Positions 39,881 to 52,720 of a stretch of 64,000 bases of DNA are shown one piece after another. The translations under genes and the position numbers were made by a program. Source of the DNA: Epiperipatus broadwayi (taxonomy: Eukaryota; Animalia; Onychophora); contig JAQFVV010000006.1 in the NCBI GenBank assembly GCA_028023455.1, forward strand, positions 8,370,001 through 8,434,000, given 5' to 3'. Each line of letters opens with the position of its first letter. Position 1 is the stretch's first letter. The notes beneath the pieces are model-generated. The model saw only the letters and a list, made by a program, of their open reading frames with translations. It did not search any database and was not told where the DNA came from.

Positions 39881-40589
39881 TGCTGATATCATAAGCTAAA
39901 TAAGTAATTGAATGATCACATTACTCTAATTCTTCAGTTACACTAGTAACTTTCTTACATATCTTTCTCTTTTTTTGGTAATATATATAGGGATTCTAAA
40001 TCAGAATACATAAAAGTATTATAATTTGATTTACGAGCATCAAACTTTCTGCTCCCATATTTTAACATCACCACCCCTTCACATAATACATTAATGGATT
40101 ATTACTAATCATTCATTAGGCTAAAGATTATCATAACATTCCTAGCCCAAACATTAAACATTAAATCTCAATTAAAGATTAAAATATCTCATTTTTAATT
40201 AAATATGGAATAACTCAATTTCTCTTCTTCCATGGGTAATATCCTTTTCATATATACTCAACACTGATGCTGTTTCACACATTCTTGATTGATGAGTGAA
40301 TATATTAAAAAAGTTGAATTGCCTCAAGATACATTTCGTACATAATCTCCACTATTCAATTGATACTAGATATGTGAAGAGAGTTGGTTCCTCATCAAAT
40401 GCATCTTAAGCATAAAATGCATCTGGGGATTAGTCTTCATTCAGGTATTTCAAGAATATATAGAAGAGTGGAAGTTTTAACTATTTCTAAAAAAATTTTT
40501 TTGTAAAATATAGCTCATTAGAAATATCTGCATGTTATAAAATTAATGTATATATAATACAAATAAAATGGCCGTTAATTAAAAACTAT

Positions 40590-41250
40590 TGTAATAACAA
40601 TAAAAATAATAAATATAAAGTATACAGTCGTTCAATCCACAGAAGTAATTTCAGTTAATTCCCAAAACCGCCTCAACTGCTGTTAAATTAAAAAAAAAAA
40701 CATAACGGAAGCAAATGTCATCAACTCAAATCCCATGAATCCCGAATTTTAAGGTTTGCAGCTTGTCTATTAATTATATTTATTTTATTTCTATCAACGA
40801 ATCCTGAATTTTAACATTAGTAACTATTATATACAGGCTTTCAATCCACAGAAGTAATTTCAGTTAATTCCTAAAACCTCCTCAACTGCCATTAAATTAA
40901 TATATATATAACGGAAGCAAATGTCATCAACTCAAATCCCATGAATCCTGAATTTTAATGTTAGCAGCTTGTCTATTAATTATGTTTATTTTATTTCTAT
41001 CAACGAATCCTGAATTTTAACATTAGTAACTTGTCCATTAATTATATTCATTTAAATGACAAGTTGATAATGTTAAAATTTAGGATTCATGGGATTTGAG
41101 TTGATGATGTTTTCTTCCAATATGTTTTTTTTTTTTTTAAATTTAATGGTGATTGAGAAGGGTTAAGGAATTAACCGAAAGTACTTCTATGGATTAAAAG
41201 ATTGTACATAATAGCTAATTACTGTTATTTTTATTGTTAAATATATTGTT
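40590..41250. mobile_element. Foldback MITE with tandem duplication of the left arm
   Basis: Two direct copies of about 210 bp (TTCAATCCACAGAAGTAATTTCAG near 40628 and 40840) and one inverted copy (41065-41250, contains GGATTCATGGGATTTGAGTTGATGA). Confidence 0.8.
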
Positions 41251-41759
41251 TGTGAAAAAAGATCTCATATAAAACAATCGTTGGCCATTGTTAAGTTTCA
41301 AACAAGCTACAGTCAAAGCAAAAATGTTTTCCAGAAATCACTTTTGTACTGATTACTATTTCTATTACCATAAAGTTACAGATCTATCCTATTTGTTAGA
41401 AAAGCTATTAAATCCTAATAAACAGCAATAATAGAATCATCTAGTCAAAAATGTCAGTGGGGACTAAAGAGTCAGTTTAAAATCTTTATTACTATTGACC
41501 AGTAGCTACTATAAATTATAGTACTTGTTTTAGTCTAATAATTCAATTTAGACAAAATACTAAATAAATAATCAAATGGATTATTGCTTGGAAGTTCACA
41601 AGACATTTGAGTACTAAAATGACACACATGCCCATAAATCTTGGACTATGAGCTCCAGAATCAATCTACCAATGCACTAATCGAGTCTGGTCAAAAAAAG
41701 ACTTGTTGTGATTAAATAAACTGAGACATTATTGAAATCCATTTACATAATTATCATCA

Positions 41760-42000
41760 TAAACATCTTAAACAAGATGAATGTCTCTCTAGGTTTAATC
41801 CAGTTTTTCTAATCCATAGCCTTTCTTCTTCATATCACTTTTTTCATCCATCCCAAATGTGATCCCTTTCTAGTCTTTTACAATCTCTTGGGATCCAATT
41901 TAAATTTTCGACCATCCATCTAGTATCATCTCTTCTAGCAATATGTCCATCCAGCTCCATTTCAGTCTCTGATGTCAAATACTGGTATTTACCACGAATA
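41760..42000 (-). mobile_element. RTE-clade LINE 3' fragment
   Basis: GHIARRDDTRW...LNWIPRDCKR matches the RTE C-terminal WAGHIARR.D.RW...L.WIPRD.KR motif. Confidence 0.75.
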
Positions 42001-42854
42001 TCTACAGATATTAAAATTAAACGTTACACAAGAGGGGGAATACTGATATCTTAAAATTTTGCTGCTGGTATACATTTTTGAGAATTCCATGGATGATATG
42101 GAAAAAGAATAATGGGATTCATAATAAGATTAAACCTGAACTTTGATTTGCAAAAAGATGAATAATATCCATCATCACAATAAAAATGTGTACATATGTG
42201 TTGTGAGGTGCAACATTAGTTAGCATGAGTGCTATGATCATAGTGCTCATCGCCAAAATATGATATAAAGATTAAAAAACCCACTTTGTAATGCATATGT
42301 ACATATGTATGCAAAATAATTTGTTTTTAAGTAATTTGAAAAAGATAACAAATGGCAGATCATTCTGGAAAATTCTATTTTTATAGTTCCTAAGAATATT
42401 CGGCATCTAATACTTTATAAATAAGTTCATGGTACAATCCATTAAAATGGAGCAAATTAACATATAGTTAGACCACGATATCCACCAATCTGCAAATATA
42501 ATAACTCTAAATAGACACATTTTCTACAAAATCTACATGCAAATTATTTGTCACTACAGCAGCACCATTTCCTTGCCTGTGCACTCAACGACATTCACTG
42601 TAGTGATTGCAATACACTCATATGGGAAAATTTGGAAAATTACAATTTTGAAATATAATGGAATCAAAACACAAAATTAATGACAATAATAATCTTTCCA
42701 AGTTTAAAAAAAATCATGATGGTTTCTTCTACATGATAAAAAATAAGATAAAATAACGTGTTTACTTTTGAAAACAGGAAGTCATATGCTGAGGGCTGGT
42801 TGAATATTCAATACGGACAAATTGTCCATTTTACAAAATAATAAAAAAAAAAAT

Positions 42855-43265
42855 AAGTATTCAATGAAGACTGAAATCTCAGGCTAGAATTTTGTAATTT
42901 TCTGAAATTATTTAAAGTTAGAACGTTAATAAGTGATAAGTATTTAGAGAAGACTGAAAATTCAAGCTAGAACTTCGTCCTGAAATTCAGACTGGAATTT
43001 CTCAACTTCCTAAAATTGTTTAAAATGACGTCATCAGTATGTGATAACTATTTAACGAAGATTGAAAATTCAGGCTAGGTTTTCTTGTATTCCTGATAGT
43101 TTTTAAACTTACATCCTCAGCAAGTGATAAGTATTTAGTTAAGACTAAAAATTCATGCTAGGACTTTTAAACTTCCTGAAATTCAGACTAAAGTTTCTTA
43201 ACTTCCTAAATTTATTTGAAGTTACCTCCTCTGTCTGTAATAGGTGCTTAGTAAAGACTGAAAAT
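42855..43265. repeat. Tandem array of alternating ~83-bp and ~110-bp units
   Basis: AAGACTGAAA marker at about 42866, 42949, 43057, 43140 and 43253; the long units add a CCTGAAATTCAGACT sub-repeat. Confidence 0.8.
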
Positions 43266-43678
43266 ATATTAAATTTATGGGTGAAGAATAGGAACAAAAA
43301 TAATTAAAATGTTTTTATATTTGTGCAATATCTTTATAAATATATAAAATAAAAAATTGATAAATTAAACTTCCTTTATTTTTTTTATTTTTCGCTTCAC
43401 TTTCTCAGAACGTCTTTTGAGTTAGTCTTTTAATATTTCAGCACTAAATAATATTACAATAAATACATAATGGACAATAAAAAAGATTTTATTTTAAAAA
43501 TTGAGTGTTTTTTATTATTATTTACTTTTGCTAAATTGAACACTTCATTTTTCTTTCTTTCTTTTGTTTTTTTTCTTTCAGCTTCTCAATTGTAGGAAAA
43601 TGCAATAAATAAATAAATTATGGATAGATTACCTTACAGCTAAAAAATCAAATTCAGACTAACAAAGGAGAAACTTAC

Positions 43679-43714
43679 ATGGATTTCAGGCAATCTTATT
43701 AATTTGCTGGCCAT
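43679..43714 (-). CDS. Candidate first coding exon MASKLIRLPEIH of an unidentified gene
   Basis: attATGG Kozak-like context, 12 open codons, consensus GTAAGT donor (phase 0), directly downstream of a CpG-rich segment. Confidence 0.4.
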
Positions 43715-43719
43715 AATGA

Positions 43720-43910
43720 GCGGGTGTGTTTTTTAATACGTAACATATATTTTTTTTATACAAACGAATATATAAATACGTACCACATTACCGAATATTA
43801 ACTATTCAATATATATAAACAATTGGACGGTTTATTGTTCGAGAATTCGTGAGTTTGAACACCGGAAGTGATAGAACCGGGTGCATACATGGAAGTTGAT
43901 CTGGAGTCTG
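43720..43910. promoter_or_regulatory. Candidate promoter with ETS-type site
   Basis: Local CpG cluster in a CpG-poor background; ACCGGAAGTG at about 43861; adjacent to the candidate start exon. Confidence 0.4.
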
Positions 43911-45149
43911 CCACTTTAATGTGGCAGCAAACCTGCATTATAAATTGGTTTAACATTTAAACCATCAAATTGTTGTAAAAGCTAAAAAGTAGAGATTACA
44001 TTTGGTGAGCGAATAATGAGTAAACCAACTTTTGACGATAGAACAGAAAACCTGGACTTTGCTATGCTTAATAAATGCTACTCGTTTCTAATATACTCAA
44101 AAATTGTTTATTACGAAATCATTGAGAATGATTTTCTTTCTATGGTTATGATTATTTTAAAGGCTCCGTGTGAATGGGCATAGTAGTAGAGTAAAATACG
44201 GAGGAGCTAAAGGTTCTTGAACTGAAGCTTATTCTGTCATTTCTGATACTCAAGTGTCACTTAACCTCCTGAGAAACCAGTCATCCAATTATATTTATAA
44301 CCCTCTGTATTATAGTAGCACTTCATCTTGCTTACGACCTGGATTTAAATATAAGCCAAGTACAAGTTGTTTTTTCAAGGTTTCAATAAAAATTTATATC
44401 CTTGCCCTGTATTGTTTAACATAGTGACCAAATTATAAATCTAAGAACTCTAAAGGTTCTTGAATCAAAGGTTAACTTGACCCTTCCATTGTTTGAACTT
44501 CAAATGACCCCCTGAGCAACTAACCTTTCAAATATTATATTCTTTTAGAAAAATACATAATTCAGTACAATCTAAATTATTTTTTTTTAGAAAAAAAAAA
44601 ATATTGATCGATGCAGTGAACATATTTTGAGATTATTGAAAAAATATTTATAAGAGATCAGATATATTTGCATGTATAAAACCGTTTGAATTTAGAAAAG
44701 ATGGAGGTATAAAAGAGGCAACTGTTAAATAATAGACTGAAAGAGAAAAGATTTGCTTCACTGATTTTGAGAAGACTTACTTCAGAGAGAATGTGATTAT
44801 TTTGTTGGATATTTTGCAGCAGAAAAGATAATCAAAAATTTTAATGAATGAAAAAATATTGAAGATTAATATCCTAGAACCAATAAATACAGGAATGATA
44901 CTTCCTATTAAAGATTTATTTAAAATAAATTCGTAAATGAAAAAAAAAATAAGAATGAGTTTAGGATTGGGATTAGAAGACCATTCCATCATTTTGCTGA
45001 AAACATGGCATGCAGATACTCAGAAAATTAACGAAATAAATAGTTTAGAGCAAAAATTCACTCATGTAAATTTAAAACAACGATAGTGACAAGATTTAAT
45101 ACTTTTAAATATTTATCTGATAATAGAAACAAAAACACCAGAATAAAAA

Positions 45150-45580
45150 CTGTAATATCTAAGCAGTCTTTCAATAGCATTCCACAATCTTGTCAAATCT
45201 TCCCTAATTCTGATATATTCTTATGCAAAAAGAAAAAACAAGTCTGCAAACTTTAAACAATTTAAGAGACCATCATTTATTGATACCCATTTGTTTCCAT
45301 TTTAATCTTCAAATACTTTTTGTAAAACTGTTAAAAAATGTTTTGAAAAGATGAAATCCACCTAGCAATATTCATCTTCTTCATATTATCAGGTAGTCTA
45401 AATCACTGATATTGGCATTTTAATAAATATTCTTCAGAATTGGACACTACCTTGAATCTATGTCATGATATTCCAAAACTTTAATCACAGTAAAACTGTC
45501 AAAGAGTCAATTGCCTTTTTCATAATCTTTAAAATGCTCATTGGTACCCTTATTAATTTTTATCCCCAGGATGTGTTCTA
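45150..45580 (-). mobile_element. RTE-clade LINE RT core fragment
   Basis: DYEK..DS (cf. DYEKAFDS), VLQKVFED, SINDGLLNCLKFAD (cf. INGxxLNxLRFADD). Confidence 0.65.
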
Positions 45581-45740
45581 CTATGCTAAAAGCATTTTCA
45601 AATCCAAAATTTATTTATTTTTTCATTGGCATGAGTCCTAGACAATTTGCATTGGGTTTTTTTTATTATTAAGGAAAATACAATTACAGCATGAATCTTT
45701 TAGTTTATAACCATTACTAATTGTTCATTTATAGCTTGGC

Positions 45741-46270
45741 TCAGATTTTCTGAGCAAGAGGCTCATTGTCTAGTGGTACAATTTGCACCCAAGTATCAAC
45801 ATAGAGATACTTAGGCGCTAATAGGCAATCTCTGTTTCTTAGCCTGTCTATAGTTTCACTATACACCATCCATGGTTCTGGATTGCCCTGTCTAAAGATG
45901 AGCCTATTTCTCGTTAGCCACATGGCATATAGTAGAAATATTGCCATTCTTATCATGGCATACTTGCCATTATTTAGAGCTTCACTTATTGACAAGAGGT
46001 TCTTATCAGAGGTCATAACTCTTGCCGTGATTTCCTGCCTGATTCATGCTAGATGACAGCAATTAAAAAAATACGTATGATCATTTCATTTTCTAATTTA
46101 CACAAATTACATGTTGTATTCAATCTGGAAAATCCTCTTCTGGTCACCAGAATATGGTTCGTCGGAAGTGAGTTTAGATTATATTTGATTATAAAATCAG
46201 TGATTTTAGGAAATATCTTGCATAGAACTAATAGAATCTCTAATTCCCAACAACTTTATTTTCACCTTTC
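45741..46270 (-). mobile_element. L1/Tx1-type LINE 3' fragment with zf-RVT
   Basis: LPTNHILVTRRGFSRLNTTCNLCKLENEMIIRIF[fs]NC (zf-RVT layout), then LLYAMWLTRNRLIFRQG (cf. IWxxRNxxIF). Confidence 0.75.
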
Positions 46271-46283
46271 ATAAATATCCATG

Positions 46284-46420
46284 CCCTGCATGATCTGGTG
46301 CAGTTAGTAAACCGTGTGACATGGGATCGGGAGGTCCCACAATCGTTTCTGGTGCTTTCATGTCTGGGCTCAAATTTCTTATGAATTCCTAAGCAACAAA
46401 ATCATATGCCTTTTTTTATA
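46284..46420 (+). mobile_element. Single tRNA-derived family B copy (SINE-like)
   Basis: CCCTGCATGATCTGGTGCAGTTAGTAA (A box), GGAGGTCCCACAATCGTTTCTGG (B-box region), tail TTCTTATGAATTCCTAAGCAA, ends in T7. Confidence 0.7.
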
Positions 46421-47039
46421 TATCAACATTATTATAGCATTCTTCTAATCATATGATATATTAAACCATGAATAATCACATGATCACTATATATACATAT
46501 TGAAACATATACATTTATGTCATTACATAGCTTTCAAATAAATAAAAAAGATCAATAAATAAATATAAAAATAAATAATTTTATTTAAACCAGTATATAA
46601 AATTGCAAAGATGGAAAATTATTAAAGTAAGGGAAAATCTAAAGATAAAGATTTTTTTTTTTTTTAAAGTAATGTAAAAGAAAATAAAAGCTGTTAATTG
46701 ATTTTCTATTTAGAAATTATTTTAAATCTTAGAATGAAAATGATTTTCTATTGAAATTAATGACATAATAGCAAACAGACCCTTGAGGGCATTTAACCGA
46801 TCATCCGATAAGAGACCAATTAAAAAATTCCTAGTAATAAAATCTTATGTTCCCGCTCAAACGTAAACTGCCCAATAAACAATGCAAATGAATACACGGC
46901 CCACAGAGAAAATCATCATCACCAATAAGATCAGAACAAAGCCAGGAATGATCGATCCTGCAATTTGATGATAAGGAATTCAAAATGATATAAAAGGAAA
47001 ATAAAGAAAACTTTGGCTAAATGGAGTTTTGGTCTTTGA

Positions 47040-48005
47040 TATTACTTTTGTTCATTACATAATTTAAGTATATTCACACGTATTGCAGACCTCAATAATG
47101 TAAGATTCATGCAATAAATTAGTTTCCCATATATGCACCAGCTGAGGTGACCTCCAGAATTATGGTTCCCGAAAAGCAGCAAACAACAGATTAGTCTTCC
47201 CAAAAACAACATTGATATTAAATGGACATTGATTGGAGTTGTGCGATGCATCGTGGGACTTCAATTAAACTTACATCCATGGAAAGTACGAACTTTATAA
47301 TCTAAAAAGAACTTTTCAAATACTATATCTAAATGGTACCTAACTCATAGTCTCTTATCTGATTAAGCAGAAATTTAAATGATTTGTTCTATTTTTTTTC
47401 ATATGTTTGCTACTATTACTATTTCCATTCTCGTAATTTCTTTTAAATTAATAATTTAAAAATAAGTGTAAATGGCTGCATAGATTCGTAAGATTATGTC
47501 AATTTAAGTGGGTTAATTTTGGGCTATTTGTTTCGTAATTGAATCGATGCTGATGGAGGGAGGTATGGGTTTTATATGTTAATGTGATGTGGGGATGTGC
47601 ATTGGATTCTCATTCCCTTGTGCCATGTTAGCATACAGGGCATAGTACCCAACTGAATATATGGCCCAAAAGTGTAACCATCGCATTGTCAATGGACATA
47701 GATGTATTTCCTATACCACTGATCTCATTACACTCTGGTTGGTGGTAGTAAGACAGCAAAGACCGCAATTCCCCACTATGGAGCATGTCTAATATATATT
47801 TCAAATGATTCCCTTACTAGACATGTACATTCCTGTACTGGATGAGGGTCATTCTTTCTTAAATGGTATGCTACAGATGGTTTGGATGCAAACTTGTAGC
47901 CTGGAGTTAAAAGAATCGAGTATATAATGCGTAATCTATAGAGCATATTTACGTTTAAAAATATTGAAATTGTGTTAAATCTTAAATTCATCCATCTGTG
48001 CAAAT
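47040..48005 (-). mobile_element. Possible I-clade LINE RNase H and 3' remnant
   Basis: CTDG at the start, FSWV...[fs]QGNE (cf. WVPGHxGIxGNE), downstream KVRTFHG/VPRC (cf. HTRLTHG..P.C); very decayed. Confidence 0.4.
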
Positions 48006-48229
48006 GATATAAATTAAATTCATTTAGTTTCCAGAATTTTTCTTTTATGTGTGCGCTAATAAAATGTTTTTTGATTAATTATGACAGTAACTCATTTTTA
48101 TATATTTTTATTAATAATATTTTTTTTAAAAAAAATCAAGAGTTAGAGAATTTTTAAATAGAGTGATATTTTAGGTTCGGCTTCAACATGAGCTAGTGGC
48201 TAAGGCTATCGGTCAATAAAAATTGAATC

Positions 48230-48990
48230 TTACCCATACGTATCTGCTTGCCATATAAATTTTCTAGGTTTCAATAGCCTTGTAGCGCCCTGGCATGGCA
48301 GATAGGGAAAGAGTCACCGTCCGACTTATAATATGTATATATGATGGTCCTACTGTCTGGAGTTTTGCCTCTGTGCATATGGTATATTCTTAACATTTTG
48401 ACACAGGTATATGGTTTCATCAACAGTTAATGATTCCATTATTTCCTGAAGTTTTCCTGTTTTCATATATTTAATTGCATATGTAAATCCTTTTTATCTG
48501 GCTTTCTAGTCGATATTGTGCAGATTTCTTTATTTTCCTTTTAAATGTTTCAATATAGTTTTTTACATAATTCTTCCATCCCTTCATGATGTTGCCCTAT
48601 CTATTTTCTTTCTGCTGGAAGAACTTTCCTTCAATTGTTGTTTTATACTTGAGATAATTTTATCCTTTATCATTTTACAATGATTTTTGCTTTTATTAAC
48701 AGTAACCCTTTCTTATTCCATTTTACAGAATATCAAATATTTAATTCTTGTAAATGATTTGTTTTTAAATATTTCACATTATATTTTTGCCTGCACATTT
48801 TGCTTCCTCCCACTACTGTGTGCCTATTTTTTTTTTATTATAATATCAATTATCTTCTTATTTAACCTATTCAAGCCCAAGTCATTTTAGGAGTCTATTA
48901 ATACTTTAAAATGATTTTAGAGTTCTTTCTTAGATTCAACAGAGCGCTTCCGAAGGTTAGGAATATTAACTGTTGATAATGTCTTGTCTC
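48230..48990 (-). mobile_element. RTE-clade LINE linker and RT-start fragment
   Basis: NIMKGWKNYV (cf. RWKEY), AIKYMKTGK[fs]TSGNNGI (cf. KAPGxDGI), TLSL.CHA (cf. RTISLISHA). Confidence 0.55.
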
Positions 48991-50959
48991 TTGCTTTGCA
49001 TTAAGATATATCTTTCATCTCAGTAATTGATTGTTATTCATATATAGAGTCTATTCAGCATATTACAGAATTGAAAAATATCGTCCCTAATCACAATATA
49101 AGATAACTTTGTTATGCCTTTATTTCGATATTTTCATGTGAATTTAGTATTTGAATTACCCCCCCCCCTTCCTTTTCAATCGCATGACTATATTCTCTCT
49201 ATATGTCTTTAAATCCAAAATCCATCACGGTTTTAAATCTTTTCCAGTTCTATCAATAAAATAATCTATGATAAGTTAAGAACATTTGGTTTGCTCAAAA
49301 GTTTTCCATATATCTAAATAAAAATTATAAACTTCTTTATCATGATAAAAACTTGTTAGAAGACGTAGCATTACTTGACCCCAGCTGACCCAATTCTCAC
49401 ATAATACTGTTAAAAAGTTCTATTATTGATTTTTAAAATCTACAGTAGATGGCATACCCATGATAAGAGAAACGAAGTTGCTAAATTTGAATTACCAATA
49501 TTTAGGATTTACATTATGTTGAATAACTAACATCATTGTTTATAATACAAATCAATTTTCACAATGCTCTTCCACATCTTATTTATAATAAATCCCATTA
49601 AAATGCCAATATTTGTATATTACATATACACTTTTCTAATAAATTAACTCTCCACTTGCATTCAATAAAGACAATCTGGAAATTGAGTACCATAATTTAT
49701 TTTTTGTCTTTCACATTGTTAGCAAGGTATGTGCATTCTTCACACACGTGCTCATAAAAATCCTATATTCAAAAAAATCTCAACCGATGTTTCAAGAGAC
49801 ATAAGACTCTTAAGGAGACCATGATGGAGCTCTTTTTAGTTTTAAACTCAAAAGTGACCATGAGAATACATGCATGTTAATGAGCAATGCATTGTTTGTT
49901 TAATCATGTAAGCCTTAATGTCATAATATGATAAAATGCTTATGAATAAACATTAGTAATTTGTCTTGATGACTGTGTTAAGATTTTGGAGAACAATCAA
50001 ACTGACTTCTTTCAATTAATAGCTAACTATTTTTATAGACACAGTAGTCTTTACAGTAATATATAGACTATAACATCATAAGAAATAGTAGACATTTGTA
50101 AACAAGGAAGAACATTCTAACTCAAAGAAAGGGGGGTACAAATAATGTATTAAAAATGAGTTTTGCAATGATTTTGTAAATCAATCCTTGAACACAAATA
50201 TGCCCACATATGTAACCTATTACTTTATTACACATTTCATTTGACATTTGTGGTGCTAAAGCAGCAGCATTTTTTTCTTTCTAAAAGACTCCACCAAAGT
50301 AATTTCAAACTGGGAATTCATGATACCACAAGCTACTGCAAACACAGCAAGATATAGCAAAAAACTTATATTACCACCTATGTTCTATTTAAACAACAAA
50401 GTTTCCTTTTCACATTCAATGTAATGATGTGGTGTAGAAAGATAATGTTCGGTAATAATTGAGACGTGCCTGGTAAGGTAACAAGTTGCTAAAATGAATA
50501 ACTACCAAAATAAAACTGCCTCTACATTCTTACAATATTTAAGAGTGTTTCTCTTCCAGACTGCAAAACTCCAAGTGTCAACTGCTCATCTCCCATTTCA
50601 ATTTCAAATTTTATATTTATAAACAGTAGAACATGTATTTAGTAACAAGATTGCTTTTCCGTGTTATTTTATTAATGAAACTACTGTATATTAGTTGTTG
50701 TTGTTTTTTTTTTTTGTATTTGAATGTTAAAAGTACATGCTTTAAGTTTAATATTATACAATTGTTTGAATTTAATTAATATATATTACGTTTTCATATC
50801 ATTAATTAATGAATAAGCAAAAGCTTAATAGCAATAAACTATGATGTCTCTTTTAAATAACTAAGAATTAAAAAATAAATCAATTTTTTTAAAAAAGGTG
50901 TGAGATTTGAAGGACGATGTCAAGGATACCGTAAAGTTGAAAAGGTTGGAAACAGTGCT

Positions 50960-51235
50960 CCGATAACTTGCCTAATTGCAGCTATCTGCCATAAATCATA
51001 TCTTTCCAATGGAAGCCATCAATATTTTTCAATTCTCTAGAGTGTCTTTGAGACCATCTTTATAACATAAAGAAGGCTTGCCTCTGCCATGAAAAACCAA
51101 GCTCAAGTTCACATTTCTAGAACATCTTATACCTTTACTCATTTTCAAATGACGATATGACATAGTAGAAGACGTTCAGCAAGCTGAAAACCATATTAAT
51201 TGCTCTTACGATCTTATCATGTATTTTTAGAATCA
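50960..51235 (-). mobile_element. RTE-clade LINE 3' fragment (different subfamily)
   Basis: GRGKPSLCYKDGLKDTLE...WKD (cf. GRPKLRYKDxLKxxLK...WE). Confidence 0.5.
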
Positions 51236-51339
51236 TTAAGTAATATTCTCAAAACTTTTCTAATGACCTTGTGTTAAGTCGAGGGGGGGGGGGGGGGCAG
51301 GCGTCATTTCTGCGCAATAAATAAAATAAAAGTTTTATA

Positions 51340-51472
51340 TACACTTAGTTTAGTTGCAGTAATTCTAGATCAAGATCACGTCCAAGCGTAAAAATAACCA
51401 TGGGAATCCATTCCGAAATGCTTCTCTTCTTTTCGAAATGATTTGACCTCTTTTCTTTTCAAATCAGTACAG
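51340..51472 (+). other. Candidate 5' non-coding exon or TSS region
   Basis: Consensus CAG|GTAAGT donor at 51473, preceded by TCAGT (Inr-like) within a CpG-retaining zone (51290-51800). Start position uncertain. Confidence 0.3.
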
Positions 51473-52597
51473 GTAAGTATTTCTTTTTTACCATTTATTA
51501 ATTATAAACTTATTTCAATGTCAATTTTCTCTGTCTTTTTTTTTTTTTTTGACCACAATTTAAATACGCCCACAATTTACAAATCAACATTTTTCAGTTC
51601 TGAAAAAAAAAAAAAACGCCGTTTATATTTACATTGCAAACTGTAGTTACACTTTGATTAAGTTTTCAAACCTAAGAATTAAATTCTAAATCACCAACCT
51701 CAAAATGACAGGGTTTTCCTTGGTAACCACTTGATAGATTAAGCATTTTCTCAATCATGGCTCTCGGCGTGGGGTATTAAATCTTTTAGACAGTAGAGAC
51801 GTTTCAGAGACTTCAGTAATAATGACAGTTATGACAGGTTATAGACCTCCTTCTCACTCACTCTTATATACTTTTCTTCAACATATTTAAAAATTTTAGA
51901 ATCGAATCGCAAAATATAAAAGAAATAAGGACTTTTGACATTTTATTTTTAAAACAAAAATGAAAACAGAATTTTAAAATTTAGTGCAAAATCTGATTAA
52001 ACCCCATCGTTCACAATGTAAACATATAGCATTTTCATTAGTACACCAACGAATTAGCTATGAGAATATAAAAATTAACAATTTACTAATATAAATTATG
52101 ACTAACATAGTGAAGAAACGTAATTACAAAACGTAAAAATCTTTAGTTGATGTAACGGACATGTAAAACATCCTGAAAAATATCTTGCATATAACATTTC
52201 CTTTGACATAATTGACTTTTTGAAAGTTTATTATTTCACAGTTTGAAATACTAAATTATGAACCTAATGATCTTTAAAATTTACTTTTAATCAGTTTCAC
52301 TTAGGAAATAATGTTCAACGTTAAATTATTGATTAAATTGTCTAAAAACTAAGAAAAGTTAATAAATATATTCAACACCGCAAATTTGCTCAATCTAGTA
52401 GAGAGAATCATTTAAGTGAATATGTGTGTGTATATTATATATATACAGACAGTAGCAAGAATGTGATATGTTGGACTATTTCCATCATTTATGAGTGAAT
52501 GTTGAATGTATAAAAAATTTTAAACTTTATTTAAACTTTCCAAATACAAACAACTTGTTAGTTATAACACACAAATAGACAATACAGGTTAGTAATT

Positions 52598-52642
52598 ACA
52601 CAACGTTTCGAGTAGTATTATTCTCCACTCTTCTTCAGGTGT
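52598..52642 (-). ncRNA. Minimal type I hammerhead ribozyme motif
   Basis: ACAC CUGAAGA A GAGU-13nt-ACUC GAAAC GUU GUGU: stem I ACAC/GUGU, stem II GAGU/ACUC, palindromic loopless stem III ACGU, predicted cut after GUU. Confidence 0.75.
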
Positions 52643-52720
52643 TGCTGGCCTATATGCACAGTGACAATATTCGCTTAGAAGTTGAACTCGCAACTTTAGA
52701 TTCTTGTATATCGAATTTAA

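Noticed and set aside
47275-47305. 27-nt minus-strand micro-exon with GTAAGT donor
   Set aside because: It lies inside the probable I-clade LINE remnant, which explains the sequence.
51795-51825. Hammerhead on the minus strand (CTGAAG TCTCT GAAACGTC)
   Set aside because: The core is incomplete and there is no stem II.
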